Source of the DNA: Hydrolagus colliei
Taxonomy: Eukaryota
DNA length: 64,000 nucleotides
NCBI GenBank assembly: GCA_035084275.1
Contig: CM068755.1
Location: 7,750,001 to 7,814,000 of the forward strand
Direction of reading: 5' to 3'
Within the stretch, counting starts at the first letter, position 1. Each line of letters begins with the position of its first letter. The notes beneath the pieces were generated by a model, which was not told the DNA's origin, did not search any database, and was given only the letters and a program-made list of their open reading frames with translations. Shown piece after piece: positions 11,756-24,600 of the stretch. The translations under genes were made by a program, and so were the position numbers.

Positions 11756-12367
11756 NNNNNNNNNNNNNNNNNNNNNNNNNNNNNNNNNNNNNNNNNNNNN
11801 NNNNNNNNNNNNNNNNNNNNNNNNNNNNNNNNNNNNNNNNNNNNNNNNNNNNNNNNNNNNNNNNNNNNNNNNNNNNNNNNNNNNNNNNNNNNNNNNNNNN
11901 NNNNNNNNNNNNNNNNNNNNNNNNNNNNNNNNNNNNNNNNNNNNNNNNNNNNNNNNNNNNNNNNNNNNNNNNNNNNNNNNNNNNNNNNNNNNNNNNNNNN
12001 NNNNNNNNNNNNNNNNNNNNNNNNNNNNNNNNNNNNNNNNNNNNNNNNNNNNNNNNNNNNNNNNNNNNNNNNNNNNNNNNNNNNNNNNNNNNNNNNNNNN
12101 NNNNNNNNNNNNNNNNNNNNNNNNNNNNNNNNNNNNNNNNNNNNNNNNNNNNNNNNNNNNNNNNNNNNNNNNNNNNNNNNNNNNNNNNNNNNNNNNNNNN
12201 NNNNNNNNNNNNNNNNNNNNNNNNNNNNNNNNNNNNNNNNNNNNNNNNNNNNNNNNNNNNNNNNNNNNNNNNNNNNNNNNNNNNNNNNNNNNNNNNNNNN
12301 NNNNNNNNNNNNNNNNNNNNNNNNNNNNNNNNNNNNNNNNNNNNNNNNNNNNNNNNNNNNNNNNNNN
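11756..12367. other. Assembly gap (612 N) within CART-A intron 1
   Basis: Run of N. Confidence 1.
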
Positions 12368-12390
12368 GAGAGGTGAAGGAAGAGACTGAC

Positions 12391-12534
12391 CAGTTCCTTT
12401 TCGCTGGAAAGAAACGTATCTTTAGGGTAAAAGTTTCTCAGAGATCTGGACTCGAGTTCAGAGACTTCAGCCCCGCAGGTCAGGGCCATGAGGCTGCACA
12501 CACTGATCAGCAGGAGTAGCCGAGTGCTGTCCAT
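12391..12534 (-). CDS. CARTPT: CART prepropeptide paralog A, exon 1 (signal peptide); full precursor 111 aa
   Basis: accATGg at 12534, MDSTRLLLLISVCSLMALTCGAEVSELESRSLRNFYPKDTFLSSEKEL|gtcagt. The symbol denotes the family; one-to-one orthology to mammalian CARTPT is not established. Confidence 0.94.
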
Positions 12535-12543
12535 GGTGCTGAG
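12523..12543 (-). promoter_or_regulatory. RE1/NRSE (REST site) overlapping the CART-A start codon
   Basis: CTCAGCACCATGGACAGCACT matches the consensus TTCAGCACCATGGACAGCGCC at 18/21, with both half-sites intact. Confidence 0.85.
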
Positions 12544-12632
12544 GATACAGAAACCACTTTCAATCTGTAAAGGAAAGGCAGAGTCGACTCCTCTCAACCC
12601 GAGTAACTCACGGATACCGACGATCCACCAGC

Positions 12633-12639
12633 TTTTATA
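12633..12639 (-). promoter_or_regulatory. TATA box of CART-A
   Basis: TATAAAA about 100 bp upstream of the ATG. Confidence 0.75.
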
Positions 12640-15600
12640 CATATATCACCGTGCGCCTGGTGTATCAATATTGACTCGCTCCTCCCATGTGGCATGTGTG
12701 TGTGTGTGGACTGGTTTGCAGAGCGTGGGCGGTTATTTTCCCTTTGAAATGAAATGTGCATCAAGAATGCCTCTTTTCCCATTCAGCAAATAATGAAACC
12801 TCTCAGCTCAGGAGCTGGAGGCGAAGTTCGTCATCTGCATTACTAATAATGGGACTTGATGGATGGCGTGTAGAACATGCTGCAACCTCTGCTATTATAT
12901 ATATATAAAGAAAAACTGTGACACAAAGACTTGATTTGCATCGAATGCCATTCTGGCAAGTTCAGTTTGGTACTGTTGCATTTTCATTATGAGGTTAACA
13001 CCTAAAATGTTCATTTAGTTTTTTTCTAAGCAAATATTTTTTAACAATAATAAGTTTTCAAAGCAGAGGAACACACACACACAGATCAAGTACTGAATGT
13101 TTCCTTTCTTCTGGTTACCGATTACATTCTAGGCTCTACTCAAGGCTTCTGACTTGAGGTTCCTCCTGTTCGACCACGTTTTTGGTCACCACACTAACCC
13201 CCCACCACCCTCCCATCTGCCCTCCACCCCACCTGACCCAATGCCCCAGCTCAGGTCCAAACTCCTTGTCCAGCGCCTTAATGACTCCTGGCGCAAAAGG
13301 TACTATACACATGCCGTGTGTTATTGTTCTGATGTGATTATTTGCTGAGAGAAAGAGCAGAATCTACAGAGAAATGGGCGACTGTGTGAGCGAGCACTGC
13401 AAATTTATCACGAGGACACTCCATTTGATATTTTGCGAGTAATTCTCAGTTTAGGTCTGATTTGTTTTCACCTTTCCACAGTTCCCTGTTAATTTAGTTA
13501 AATTTGATGCTAATCCAGATTTACACGAACATTCTCAAATGAAGTGGCTGGTTATTGAGTAAACAATTATACAGATAGCTACTAGTTTGTTTATATAACA
13601 TATCCTTTATTTCTAATCCAATGTTTTGTGAAGCACTATGATGTATGTTTTTACATGTTGTATAGGTGTGACACAAACGTTAGCTATGACTATTCTTATA
13701 TGGCAAAGCTTATTAATGAGTTTAGGGTTGAGCATGTTTCCTAGATAACATATTTTATCAGTTCATTCGCGGTTTATATACTCGTCCAGTTTTTATGGTT
13801 TGTGCATTGATTACTTCAGACTGTCCTCCAATGTGCACTTAGTGTTACAATTGCTAGAAGAAAAACCAGGGAATAGATTAAAAGGATTTTTTGTGTGTGT
13901 TTAGAGGATTGTAAGTGTTTGGAATTGATTGCAATGGGTAGTTATTAAGGCTGGATCAATGGAAGCATTTCAAAGACAACTGCCGGATAAACATCTAAAC
14001 AGTAAACATGGGAGAGTTGGAAAGTGGGATTAATAAAGGAAATGGATGATTTGGCATTGTAGAGAGCAATGGAACGGACTCTTATTATCCCTCTGCGCTT
14101 AAAACATCTGTGTTTTTATATTAGTAATATCTTTATTGGAAGGAATGCATAATCCTGGACACGTAGTTGGTTGTTAACCCCAGGCTGTTTAGCTTGCTGA
14201 TGAAATAGGGAAATAATTATGTTGAGGAAATCACAATCTGAAACCATCACTTATTCAGTAATTCCCACCTTGTATAGCGAAACACTGAGGAATGTAATTG
14301 GTGCCAATTGAGGGAAGAGAGAAGAAAATGATTTTAGATTTAGATGGACCTGAGGAACAGAGAATGCAACATTCTGCATGTTTTGTCAAAGAATCTAACT
14401 TGTGTGAAACAGCCTAAGAGGCTGGTTGCTGGGATACAGTCAAGGAACTGCTTAGATCCCTTGTAGGTAATTATAGTCTTTTTGATCTCCTGGTTAAGCA
14501 TCAAGTTTCTGAGCATCCAGATTTAAGTATTCGCTGCATGGAACAAATATTGCTAAGCCTAGCAACGTTGTCAGTGTTAAATAAGATTGAGCCACAATCC
14601 TTTTGAAATCCATTTCTTGAGGTTCTTAGGATGGAAAACTCAATTTCATTCAATCTGTAAGCCATGAAGGCTTTGAGGACCATTCAAATATCATATTTTA
14701 CATTTACATCAAATTTCGGTCTTGCTAACAAACAAAGTCACATTTGGGCTCTGACTGAAATCTATATCAGCAAGACATGAGTATCAAAATAAGTCCTAAA
14801 TTTAGCAGAAAAGTATGAACTAAAGCTTAGTGGTCTATCCACTTGAGAAGTGTAAATTGAATGAAACCAAAATATATTGTGGAGTGACAGTAAAAATGTA
14901 CCCCATTTGCCAAGAGAGTTATTTCTTTTGCACGAGACAAGGGGTTTACAGCTCATGAACAGCATGAATCAAGGGAGAAGAAAGCAGAGGTTTTAATGGA
15001 GAGACAGAGAGGACGTGATACTCCAAATTCCTCTGGTCTTAGCCTAACAACCAGTATCCTAACATATACCATTGTTCAAAATGTTGGTAAATTCTCCAAA
15101 TTGTATAATTTAGAAGCCAGTTTTCTACTGTTCTTAAAAGAAAACAGGTTTCCATAATAAAGCTCAATTTAAGGATTTTCCAAAATATTGCTGAATCTTA
15201 AAGTTTGAGACTTAATTTGGTTAGATGGGTTGTACCATTCTTTAGACTCACCAAACCAAGCTGCTGAGAATTCCAATGATGTTGGTTTAATCTGTTTGGT
15301 ATGGAGTGCACCACACTTCTGACAGACACAACCCCATTTACCTAATCTTGGAGGTTCAGGCACAGGTTGGGGAACCCAAGCTGTCCAATGAGGGATGACT
15401 GGAATTTTTACCAGCTACACCCATGCAAATTATTGTTGCCAATTATTGTGGCAATATTCTTGCTCTTAATCCATCTAGACCAATTTCCAAACAAATCAAA
15501 GAAAGAAAGCCTTTTTGCTGCAGAAATCAAGTATATACTTTTTAAGAATTGCATGTTTTCCAAAGTACAATGGGGTTAAGTGCTCTGAGATGCTGCTTCA

Positions 15601-18600
15601 TGCAAAGAACACTATGTAAATTCAAATTGTTGTTATCCCTGTTGAGGCTTTGACTTGCAGGAAAACAGGGCCAAGCATGAAAAAACCCAGCCTCTGTGAC
15701 TGATCTGCCCATATAAGCTTGTTAATAAGTTAGGCTGGCTAGGTCATCAACAGTCCTTTGGAGTACTGCATACCTGCCATGCTCATTACAAGACTTTCAA
15801 AACCATCACTAAGCCATTACGATATTCCATTGCTGGACATGTCATCTCGGAGGTGCTCCAATGTACTGTAATCTATTATACCAGTGATGGTCTCTTGAGA
15901 CAAATTGCTTCCAGATACCGGAAACATCCATTTCTTAATTTGGAAATCTGTTGAGAAATATTACAAAACTAATCCCATTGTACTTTGGAAAACATACGAA
16001 TCTTAAAAATGTGCTTGATTTCTTTAGTAAAAAGTATTTCTTTCATTCTTTCTTCTTTCTTTCTTCCTTGATTTGTTTGACAAGTGCAATGAAAGTAAAA
16101 TATAGATGTGATAAGACAGTGTCTTTTTATAGTGCATACTGAAGGAGAGAGATCTCAACTCTTATTGTTAAGTGTAACCCCCCAACCACTGATTTTAGCT
16201 CCACGGGTGGTCATTCACTTTGCAAACAAAATATTTTTAACCAGAATTAATTACAAACTGCTATGAGTGCTCCCAAATAATTGCTAGGTGTATACATTTC
16301 TTCCCACAATGATGCATTTTTGAAACGACAAAATAATGCAAATTTATTCATCATCACCCACAGTTCCTAAAAACTTTGTGCGCGTCATGGATTGGTTAAA
16401 AATGGCTAAAGAAAATATTTCAGTGGGGTCTAAAATGTGATAATGCTATGGGATTCCTTAATAAGAAAATGTGAAGTATGTCAATATAATCTGTGGAAAC
16501 TCTGCTCTAAAACAATTGACATGTATTTTCAGTTACTGGAATGATGGACTGCCAATTATCATAACAATTTCACACTCAGATTTATTTCTAAGATCACCAG
16601 TTGGCTTCTCCTGAGTTGCCTCCAAGGCAACATGTATAGTAATGGAATATCAGAATTCAGTTTAATCCTTTTGGTGTTCTTGTTAGTCCTGTTCCTGAGC
16701 TAGGTAATCAATAGTACTCTATGGCACTGTTGGGAGCAAACTAGCCAGTTTAGCTTCTTAGTGGGACTTGAAGAATTCTTTCTACTTGGCTCTTGTTAAT
16801 CCTGCAAGCCAGAATCGTAATGGATAGGGGTGGTCCCAACTTGATGAGCAGAAAAAAGAGTGTCAATGTTTGTAATCATCTGTGTGATTTTAGCTGGTGA
16901 ACTCCAGCAGTACCCCAATGGACACTCTGGGGTCATAAAGCCTTAGCTTTTCACAACTTCTGCCATCCTCTTGAACAAAATGAGTGCACATTCCACACCT
17001 GACGAACATAAGTATGGTGAAGAGTGATTTGTCAGATAGCTTGTGATTAAGAGAAAACATCATCATGTCTAGGAATGGAAAATAACATTATGAAAACACA
17101 ACAAGGCAATTGCTAAATGCATTTAGTTATTTTTAGCAAAATAATATATCTCTTAATGTACAATGAATCATTGGATCAAATTTCATACAGCCCACCCAAT
17201 ATCTACTTTATGTACCCATAGAGAATTTTTCTTATTGGATGGATTATTCGCATATTACTGCATAAAAGATAATGCTTTGACATTCTACTTCTGTCATGTT
17301 TAATAAAAGTCTTTAAAGGTTAAACTTCTGTATGCATTACATATTGAGAGGAAGTACAGCTTTGTCCTGATGCTTTTTAATGTGCTAAACTCCAGGTAAA
17401 TGCGCATATACGTAGCACATGGAGGGCTTATGACACACAGTATTGTGAGTTTCAATGTCACTTTAACTCTATGGTAAATTATGTCAATATTCTGCTTTTG
17501 ATGACTACACTAATAAACGGCCTAAAAAATTGGGGTCAGAGTATTAACAGCAATTCCAATAATTAATTCAGTCACTCAATAATTTAAGATCTTTGAGCGC
17601 AATGTTAAAAATGGAACTGACTTTTAGATTTAATACAATTCATGCAACATCATGTTGTAAAGTGGACAGTCTTCATTTACAACAACTATAATAAGTTGCA
17701 CTTGTACAGTGCCTTTCACATAGAATTAATTTCTTGAAGTTCTTTGCAGAGACATTAGGGAGCACTTTACCCCCTGTAAAGTGCTCCAATGTCTCTGCAG
17801 AGAATTGCACAGAAAGAAGCAATTAACAGAGGTTTTTAAGAGAGATTTGAAGTCTGCGAGAAAAGAAGCAAGGGAAGCAGATTGTACGAGCAAAGTGGCT
17901 GAAGATTGATCCTGTAGTTTCACAACAAGGGAATCAGATGAATAATGTCCTTTGGACTAATTCTTCCATAATCCCTACCCTCCTATTACAACTTGCATTT
18001 ATATAGCAGCCTTCATGCGAATAGCACATAACAGTGTGGTTTTGACCCTGAGGTGAAAAGAGAGAGGTGTCCAAAGGAATGGTCAAAGAGGAAAGTATTT
18101 TCCTCATTACAGTATCAATCTGTTTCTTAACTGAGTCTAACATCTTAAGAAACTTTCCTCATTATAGTATCAATCTGTTTCTTAAATTAGTCCAACTTCC
18201 TGCCTCAATCACCCTTTCTGATAACACATTCTTGTCATTATTTACCCTCTGTGTAAACAAGTATTTCTCATGTCTGCCTTGAAATTGCAACCCTAATCAT
18301 GTAACTTCCTGTTCTTCTCCCTTAATACTCCCACTTAAAGTATTATTCTGGGTTTACTTTCTTGAACCCATTTAGAACCTATTGCCATCAGGGCAGCAAA
18401 GATATTATTAATGTTCAGAGCCTCGACTCTAATTTCAGCAAGACACAACTACACAATTCATTATGATGTCTGGTCACTTTCCCAAAACCTTTCCTCCATC
18501 AGAGAAACAGGGTCATGTTTTTGAAACAAGTTAGGTTGTCTAGTTGGAGCACTGCAAAAGCTCAGTACTGCTGTTGATTTGCGTTGAATGTGCCTCGAAG

Positions 18601-21600
18601 CTTTCAGCAAATGAAAAGTTGAATAAATTCTTTTTGCAAGCATTATATAAGGGAAAAAATAATGTAAATATATACATAAAAAGAATTAAGTTAAGAAGCT
18701 TTTGCTGACGGAGAACATTTCAGCGAGGATTATGGAAATCCAGTCAGTGTATATGAATAACGTAATCAATGTTACTTGGTGTGTACATGGATCATTGGTA
18801 ATTTGATGGAAAATGATGAAGCTGGTTTCATAACACAATTGGTGTTCAGTTTGTTTGAATGGTTCAAAAGGGAAACAAACAACACCAATTATGAAATTAT
18901 TTTTTATCCATTGTAACACGTTTCTGAATGTTCAGTAAGAAATACTTAATGTTCTGCCTCATTGGTGTGAATCATTATATCAAAATGCCCAGCTTAGAAT
19001 TGGCTTGAATGTAGGTCATAACGTGTATTATTCCAGAAAATAAGAAGCATGGAATTAAATAAAAGTGACTTGGAACATAGTGTATTGTCAGAGGTGCTGT
19101 ACTTGGCATATGATGTTAAATAATGGCTCCATCTGTTTATTTCCCTTGTATCAGCCTGACAGGCTTCATTCTATCAGCCTGTCTGCTCCCTTTGCTCGGT
19201 GGACATCAGCCTGCTTCAGGTACCCTGCACTTCCCACTCCACCATTGGCAGTCAGGCAATTTCAGTATCTCTGCCCCCTCACTCTGGAATTCTATCTCAC
19301 AATCCATCTGCCTCACCCCCTCTCTTGCCTGGCTCTTCAGTCTGTTGGCTATTCTAAGCTGCACTCTGTCCTATGGTCTCTCTCACATCTCCTCCATTAC
19401 TAAAGCTGTCCCGTATTTCTTTTTATCACAAGTCACCTATTTCCACTTAAAAACTCGGTACTCTACATTAACTCCCAGTTACTTTAGGATTTGAGGACCA
19501 TTCCCACACCTGAAGAGGATCTTTCAACCCTTCTCTCATACTCCTCAACTGGGTACAAAGAATGGCTCATCATCTGACAGTTGATCCCTCGCTTGCCTCC
19601 AGCTTTCTATCTCTATTTCCATTACTGTCTTTATTTTTACGACACTGTAATACAGTATTATTTTATTGGTGGTTCCGTCATTAAGGTTGTGTCCTGTGGA
19701 AGGTGACCCACAGGTGACACATTAAGAATTAATGATTCAAACTAATTGTTTCAATATTTTCCTTGGTATTGAATGTGATATTTCAGAGACATGCCTTTTC
19801 ATTTTACAAAGCGCTCCGGGATGCTGTCCCATGTGAAGGGCACTATATAAAGTTGTTGTTCTTGTTGTTGTGCAAAGGTTGAAGTTTAAACAAAATCTTA
19901 AGTGCCAGGTTTTGTCTCTCATTACCAGTAAAAGACTTGGAAATACTCAGAATATTTTGAAATACAAAATCTTTATTTTGCAAGGAAGATTTGAGATTTT
20001 AGAACGTTTGTCCACACTTTAGTAGCTTATATTCTCTCTGTATCTCGGCAACTGATTCTGAATACAGTATGTTTAGTTTTTAATAGCTTAAGGAAATATA
20101 TTCAATATCACAATAGATGGGTGGGGGTGGTTACCAATAAAACAGTTATTGATCTAAATGTTAACTCTGAAGATAGATCAATGGGAAGTTTATTTCCCTC
20201 ATACGTACTGTATTCAAAGGAAAGATTTCCAGTGACATTTCAGAATCACAACATGCACCTCTGTTCAATGAATGAACCTGCTGAGCGTGGTGGAACATTA
20301 TGCAAAACAAACACAAGGTAAGCCCATGTACAATTAACCCATTTAAGTCTTATATCAGCTGCTATATGTCGCTATAAACTAACCCAAATCATAGAATGTT
20401 ACAGCACAAAAGCAGACTATTTAGTCAATCACGCCTAAACTTGTGTTCTCCTACACATAGGCATCCAGTCCCATTTGCCTGCAATATTCCCTGACTCTTC
20501 AATATTCCACTATTTCAAGTATCTATCTGACTACCATTTAAAAGAATTGGTAGAATCTGCTTCAGCAATGGATAAACAACTGAGAATTTAGCACCAATTT
20601 CTCCAAACCTTCCTCATAAATGAATGAAGTTGGGAAGGTCAAGAACATGAAGGAATTTAAAGATTAGGATGAGCATCTTAAAGTCAGCCCTCTGGTGTAC
20701 TGGGTCTATTGGTACCCGAACTTGGTAAAGTTGAATTTATATACATTATGTGTTTCTATGCATTGGGCATTTCACATGATGACCACCAGCCCATCATCCC
20801 GCTCTACACAGGCTGTTAAACCCCAAGCTTTGTGTCACCAGCCATCTTGACCCATTTGATCTTTCCCTTCTTCAGCCTCCATGGTATCCTGCACTGTGAA
20901 CCATGAGCCTTAATTTGAATTCCTTTCATTTGATAAAATATCATTCCATACATTGTCACTTCCCAAAAATCTTTGGCATTACTGAGCTGACGGCCCCACT
21001 GGCAATAGAACCTTTTAACCATAGAATAAAAACCAAAGACATTGCAGGAAATGCATCATAGATCAATCAGCATCTAAAAGAGAACACAATGTTGAAGTCT
21101 CACATTCTGACCCTCTGCTTTCACGACAGAATGTACTCCTGCACAATGAAATTAATTGTGACACAAGGAAGGAGCTAGTCAGATCTGACCAATTTGATTT
21201 CTCATTTAGTTACTAGATATATATAGACTGCACAAAACTATAACTATGTAGAGAAAATATATTAATCACCAGCTGTTGAACTACTTGTCAGTGTCATCTT
21301 TCTTTGGATTATTGTCTTGCCATTGCTGGACTGAGTATCAGATTAGTGCCAGTCTAATGGTGCACATTCAACAAGCTCCTATAATTACACCAGGACGGCA
21401 ATTTTGTATCTCCGTTTGCAAAGTATAACTTTAGTACAATAGTTTGTGAAGTGCTGTTCCTGCAAATGTTGAGTAACAAAATAACAGCCTTGTGTATTGT
21501 GAAGTGCATTGAATATTAAATACTCTGTGGGCTTGCAAACGGCTCCAGGCCCCTGTTCATCAAATAATTTCTCAAGAGGTTTAACTCGTTCATTGCACAT

Positions 21601-24600
21601 GGAAGTTATCATGTCACAGGCAATTACATTGTATTATCTGAGTCTTCAGACATCATAAAGATTTAACAGAGTGTAAGAGGTGCATTTGAATCATCCAGAG
21701 AGCTCCTTCCATAGTAATCCCACCATATCATGGACCTCAACTCTAGCCATTAGGGGGAAAACCCTGAACAGATACACCTTGAACCCCAAAGGTCTTCAAG
21801 CACAGGCTCCAAAATATTCATCTATTCCCACACCGTCACTATTGACCTTCAATTATTATTCTTCACAGAGGAGGTACCCACCATTACTAACTCCAAAACA
21901 CATTCTGCCATGTTACCTGCCATAATCGGTCTGTACCTAGACACTGTGACAGTCAGTGTGTACCTAGCCATTGAGACAAAGGTTTTGACATATATAGTGC
22001 TCTGGTTGAACACTCCTTGACCGTAGCCTGATATTGCCTTCATATTGCAGTCACCCACCTCACCCCATCCCTTGTCTCCTTCAAGACCCAAAGCCCTCCT
22101 CTTTGATCGTACTTTCAATCTACCTCTTTCACCCTCCAGATCTTCACCTCCCCCTACCCCAGCTCGGGTGCGAAATACTGTCTGTGCAACACCTTGGGAC
22201 ATTCTCCCTATGTGAAAGGCACTACACAAATGTAATTTTGTTGTTGTTGTTGTCTCGGCTCCAAAGCAATCAAGTGGATGTTCATGCTGCAGCAAAGCTT
22301 CCCAATGAGCTGAGAGGTGCCAGCCTAGTACAGTACATTCTTGACGCAGAATGTGTCATGTTTCCATGGCAATCTTCAGGCAGCATTATTTTCTATCGAA
22401 TTCCAGACTGGGGAATATTATTCACAGTCCTGTTATTTCTTTTTATTGGGCTCTACTAATAAGCATTGTAAAACTGGAACTTCAATTGCTTGTTCAACAC
22501 AAAGCTTTATTTATGGGGAAAAGTAAGCTTTCAAATGAGATCAATTCATGAAAACATAGAACACGGTGTCAACTATTCATCCCCCTTTTCGCTCCTGCAT
22601 TCTTCTCCTCTCCTGGATGAAGTGACTTTTGCTGTAGTTCCATTGGGTGCTGGATACCCTGAGTCCCTCAACAAAGTGGCTGCTTTTCATTGTGTGAATG
22701 CGGAGATTAAATGCTGCCAGAGCTTGTGTGTGAAATAGAAAATCTCATTCTGGGTGGTTGGAGCCACTCACTGAGGTTGGGGATCAAGCCAGGTGTTGGG
22801 CTAGGATCTTATCATATTGTTCTTTCAGATATCCTGTACCACTTTATCTTGTGCCATTTGCTACCTCAATTCTGTAATGAAGAGGATTATAGTTTTGCAA
22901 ATTATCATCATGTGAAAAATAAAGAGCAGTTTATTGTTCATAAACAAAACAATCACATTTAATGTCGATGATTTAAGTATCCGATTAATTAAATGTTGCC
23001 ATTAGCAAAGGGAAGATGGGGATGAAGTGGACTTTTTGCACGCTCTTTATTCCAATATCAGATCAAAGACCGGAGATCAAATTCAGAGATTTACATTTGA
23101 AAGGAAGTTCAACAGTAGCTTGTGAAAATTAATGGGCTATGCTGATCTTTAGCTTAGTAGTGAATTGCATTGCCTTATAATTGCATTGAACCTACGTCAG
23201 GAATTCCCCTTTTAATCAATATTTAATCTAGAGCCCTCTGGACAGTTTATACCCTATATACGAAGGACAGGAGAGTTTAAAAAATACTTGCAAAAAGATA
23301 ATTGCTCAGTAGTCACTTTCTGAGTTGCAGAAATACAGCTGCAATATTTTCTTTGGCACTCTAACTGTGCAGTCCAAGACATTCAACCTCTGGATTGAAT
23401 CATCAGAACAGCGATTTTTTTTCCTCCTTTCCTCCCCTTCACCTGTTTTGTGTTCAAATCTTTTTTATTCTAATGCCTTGTTAGATCATACTCATACTCA
23501 AACATTATTATGATGATGATTATTATAACTATTACTGCTACTATTATTCTGCAAACATGTTCTTGAAATAAAAATCACTTTTTAAACAGAAAATATTCCC
23601 CTCTTCCTTCCCAATTTTCTTTTCCCTTTTCCTCAAAATGCTGAATCAACCTGGTATACAGTTCCCACCTCATTCTGTGCTGTAGCATTCTAGGATACTA
23701 TTAAATATTAGCAAATGACTTTTTTTTGCCCGTACAGATAGAGACAATAATCTAATCTCAGGTCATAAAAAGCTGGTTCATTATCAATTGCTTATATGAG
23801 TGTCTGCCAGAGTGAGCCCCACTTTACTGCTGTGGGGGTACTGTTGCATGAGCACCTACGGTACCTCACCTAAGTGCTCACTAACAGTGAGTATCAATGG
23901 GGTGTTTGAGCATGGAGAGGCATCACAGCTATGTCTGATCTTGTCCTGGTCTGGCAATTTACAGAGGGGTTCTCTGGATAGAGCTCACAAGTGGGAAGTC
24001 TGGTTGACTTCTCTAATTCAATGATGCCAGTTGTAGCCTTGACTGTGATCAGCTAAGTCAGTACAATGGAGACTATGATCTTGGTCTGTATGGACTTGCT
24101 ATTGAGATTCCTTGACTACTGGAAGAGCCATAGTCAGCAACGTTCTTTTCAGAAGTATGCATTGCTGTGTTCTGATTCTCATTTAATTGTTTCCCACTCA
24201 ATTAGACTCCATTAGTTAATATTCTTGTTTTCTACATGAAAGAAGAAAGATACAACATTTTTGTAGCACCTGATCCATTTGAAACATGTTGGAATGCTTC
24301 ACAAATTAATTCCTGTCAAGTATGGAAATTTATTTGGGGGCTGAAGGGGCGGACATTTACATAATGTAAGGTTCCACAAACAGTCATAAAATAAATGGCC
24401 AATTGATCTTCTGGAGGCTTGTTAACTAAGCCATTGGGAGAAATCCCCTTCCCTCTTGAATTATTGTAGATTTTTTACAATCACCCGAACAGGGGCCTTG
24501 GTATAACAACTCATTTGAACAACAGCATCCCTGACAATCTTAGTTCTGCACTGGGAGTGTCAGCCTTTAAGGCTTGAGAAAAGAGTGCTACCAACTGAAC

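Noticed and set aside
11656-12642. 328-aa and 219-aa ORFs in the ORF track
   Set aside because: Artefacts of reading through the N gap. Only 12391-12534 is coding.
18094-18186. About 32-bp direct repeat (tttcctcatta.agtatcaatctgtttcttaa, two copies)
   Set aside because: A small local duplication inside a decayed CR1 fragment, with no sign of function.
22560-22885. Exon-like minus-strand segment downstream of a TATA-like motif, considered as a third CART gene or pseudogene
   Set aside because: Stops in all frames soon after the putative acceptor; no CART cysteine pattern or signal peptide.
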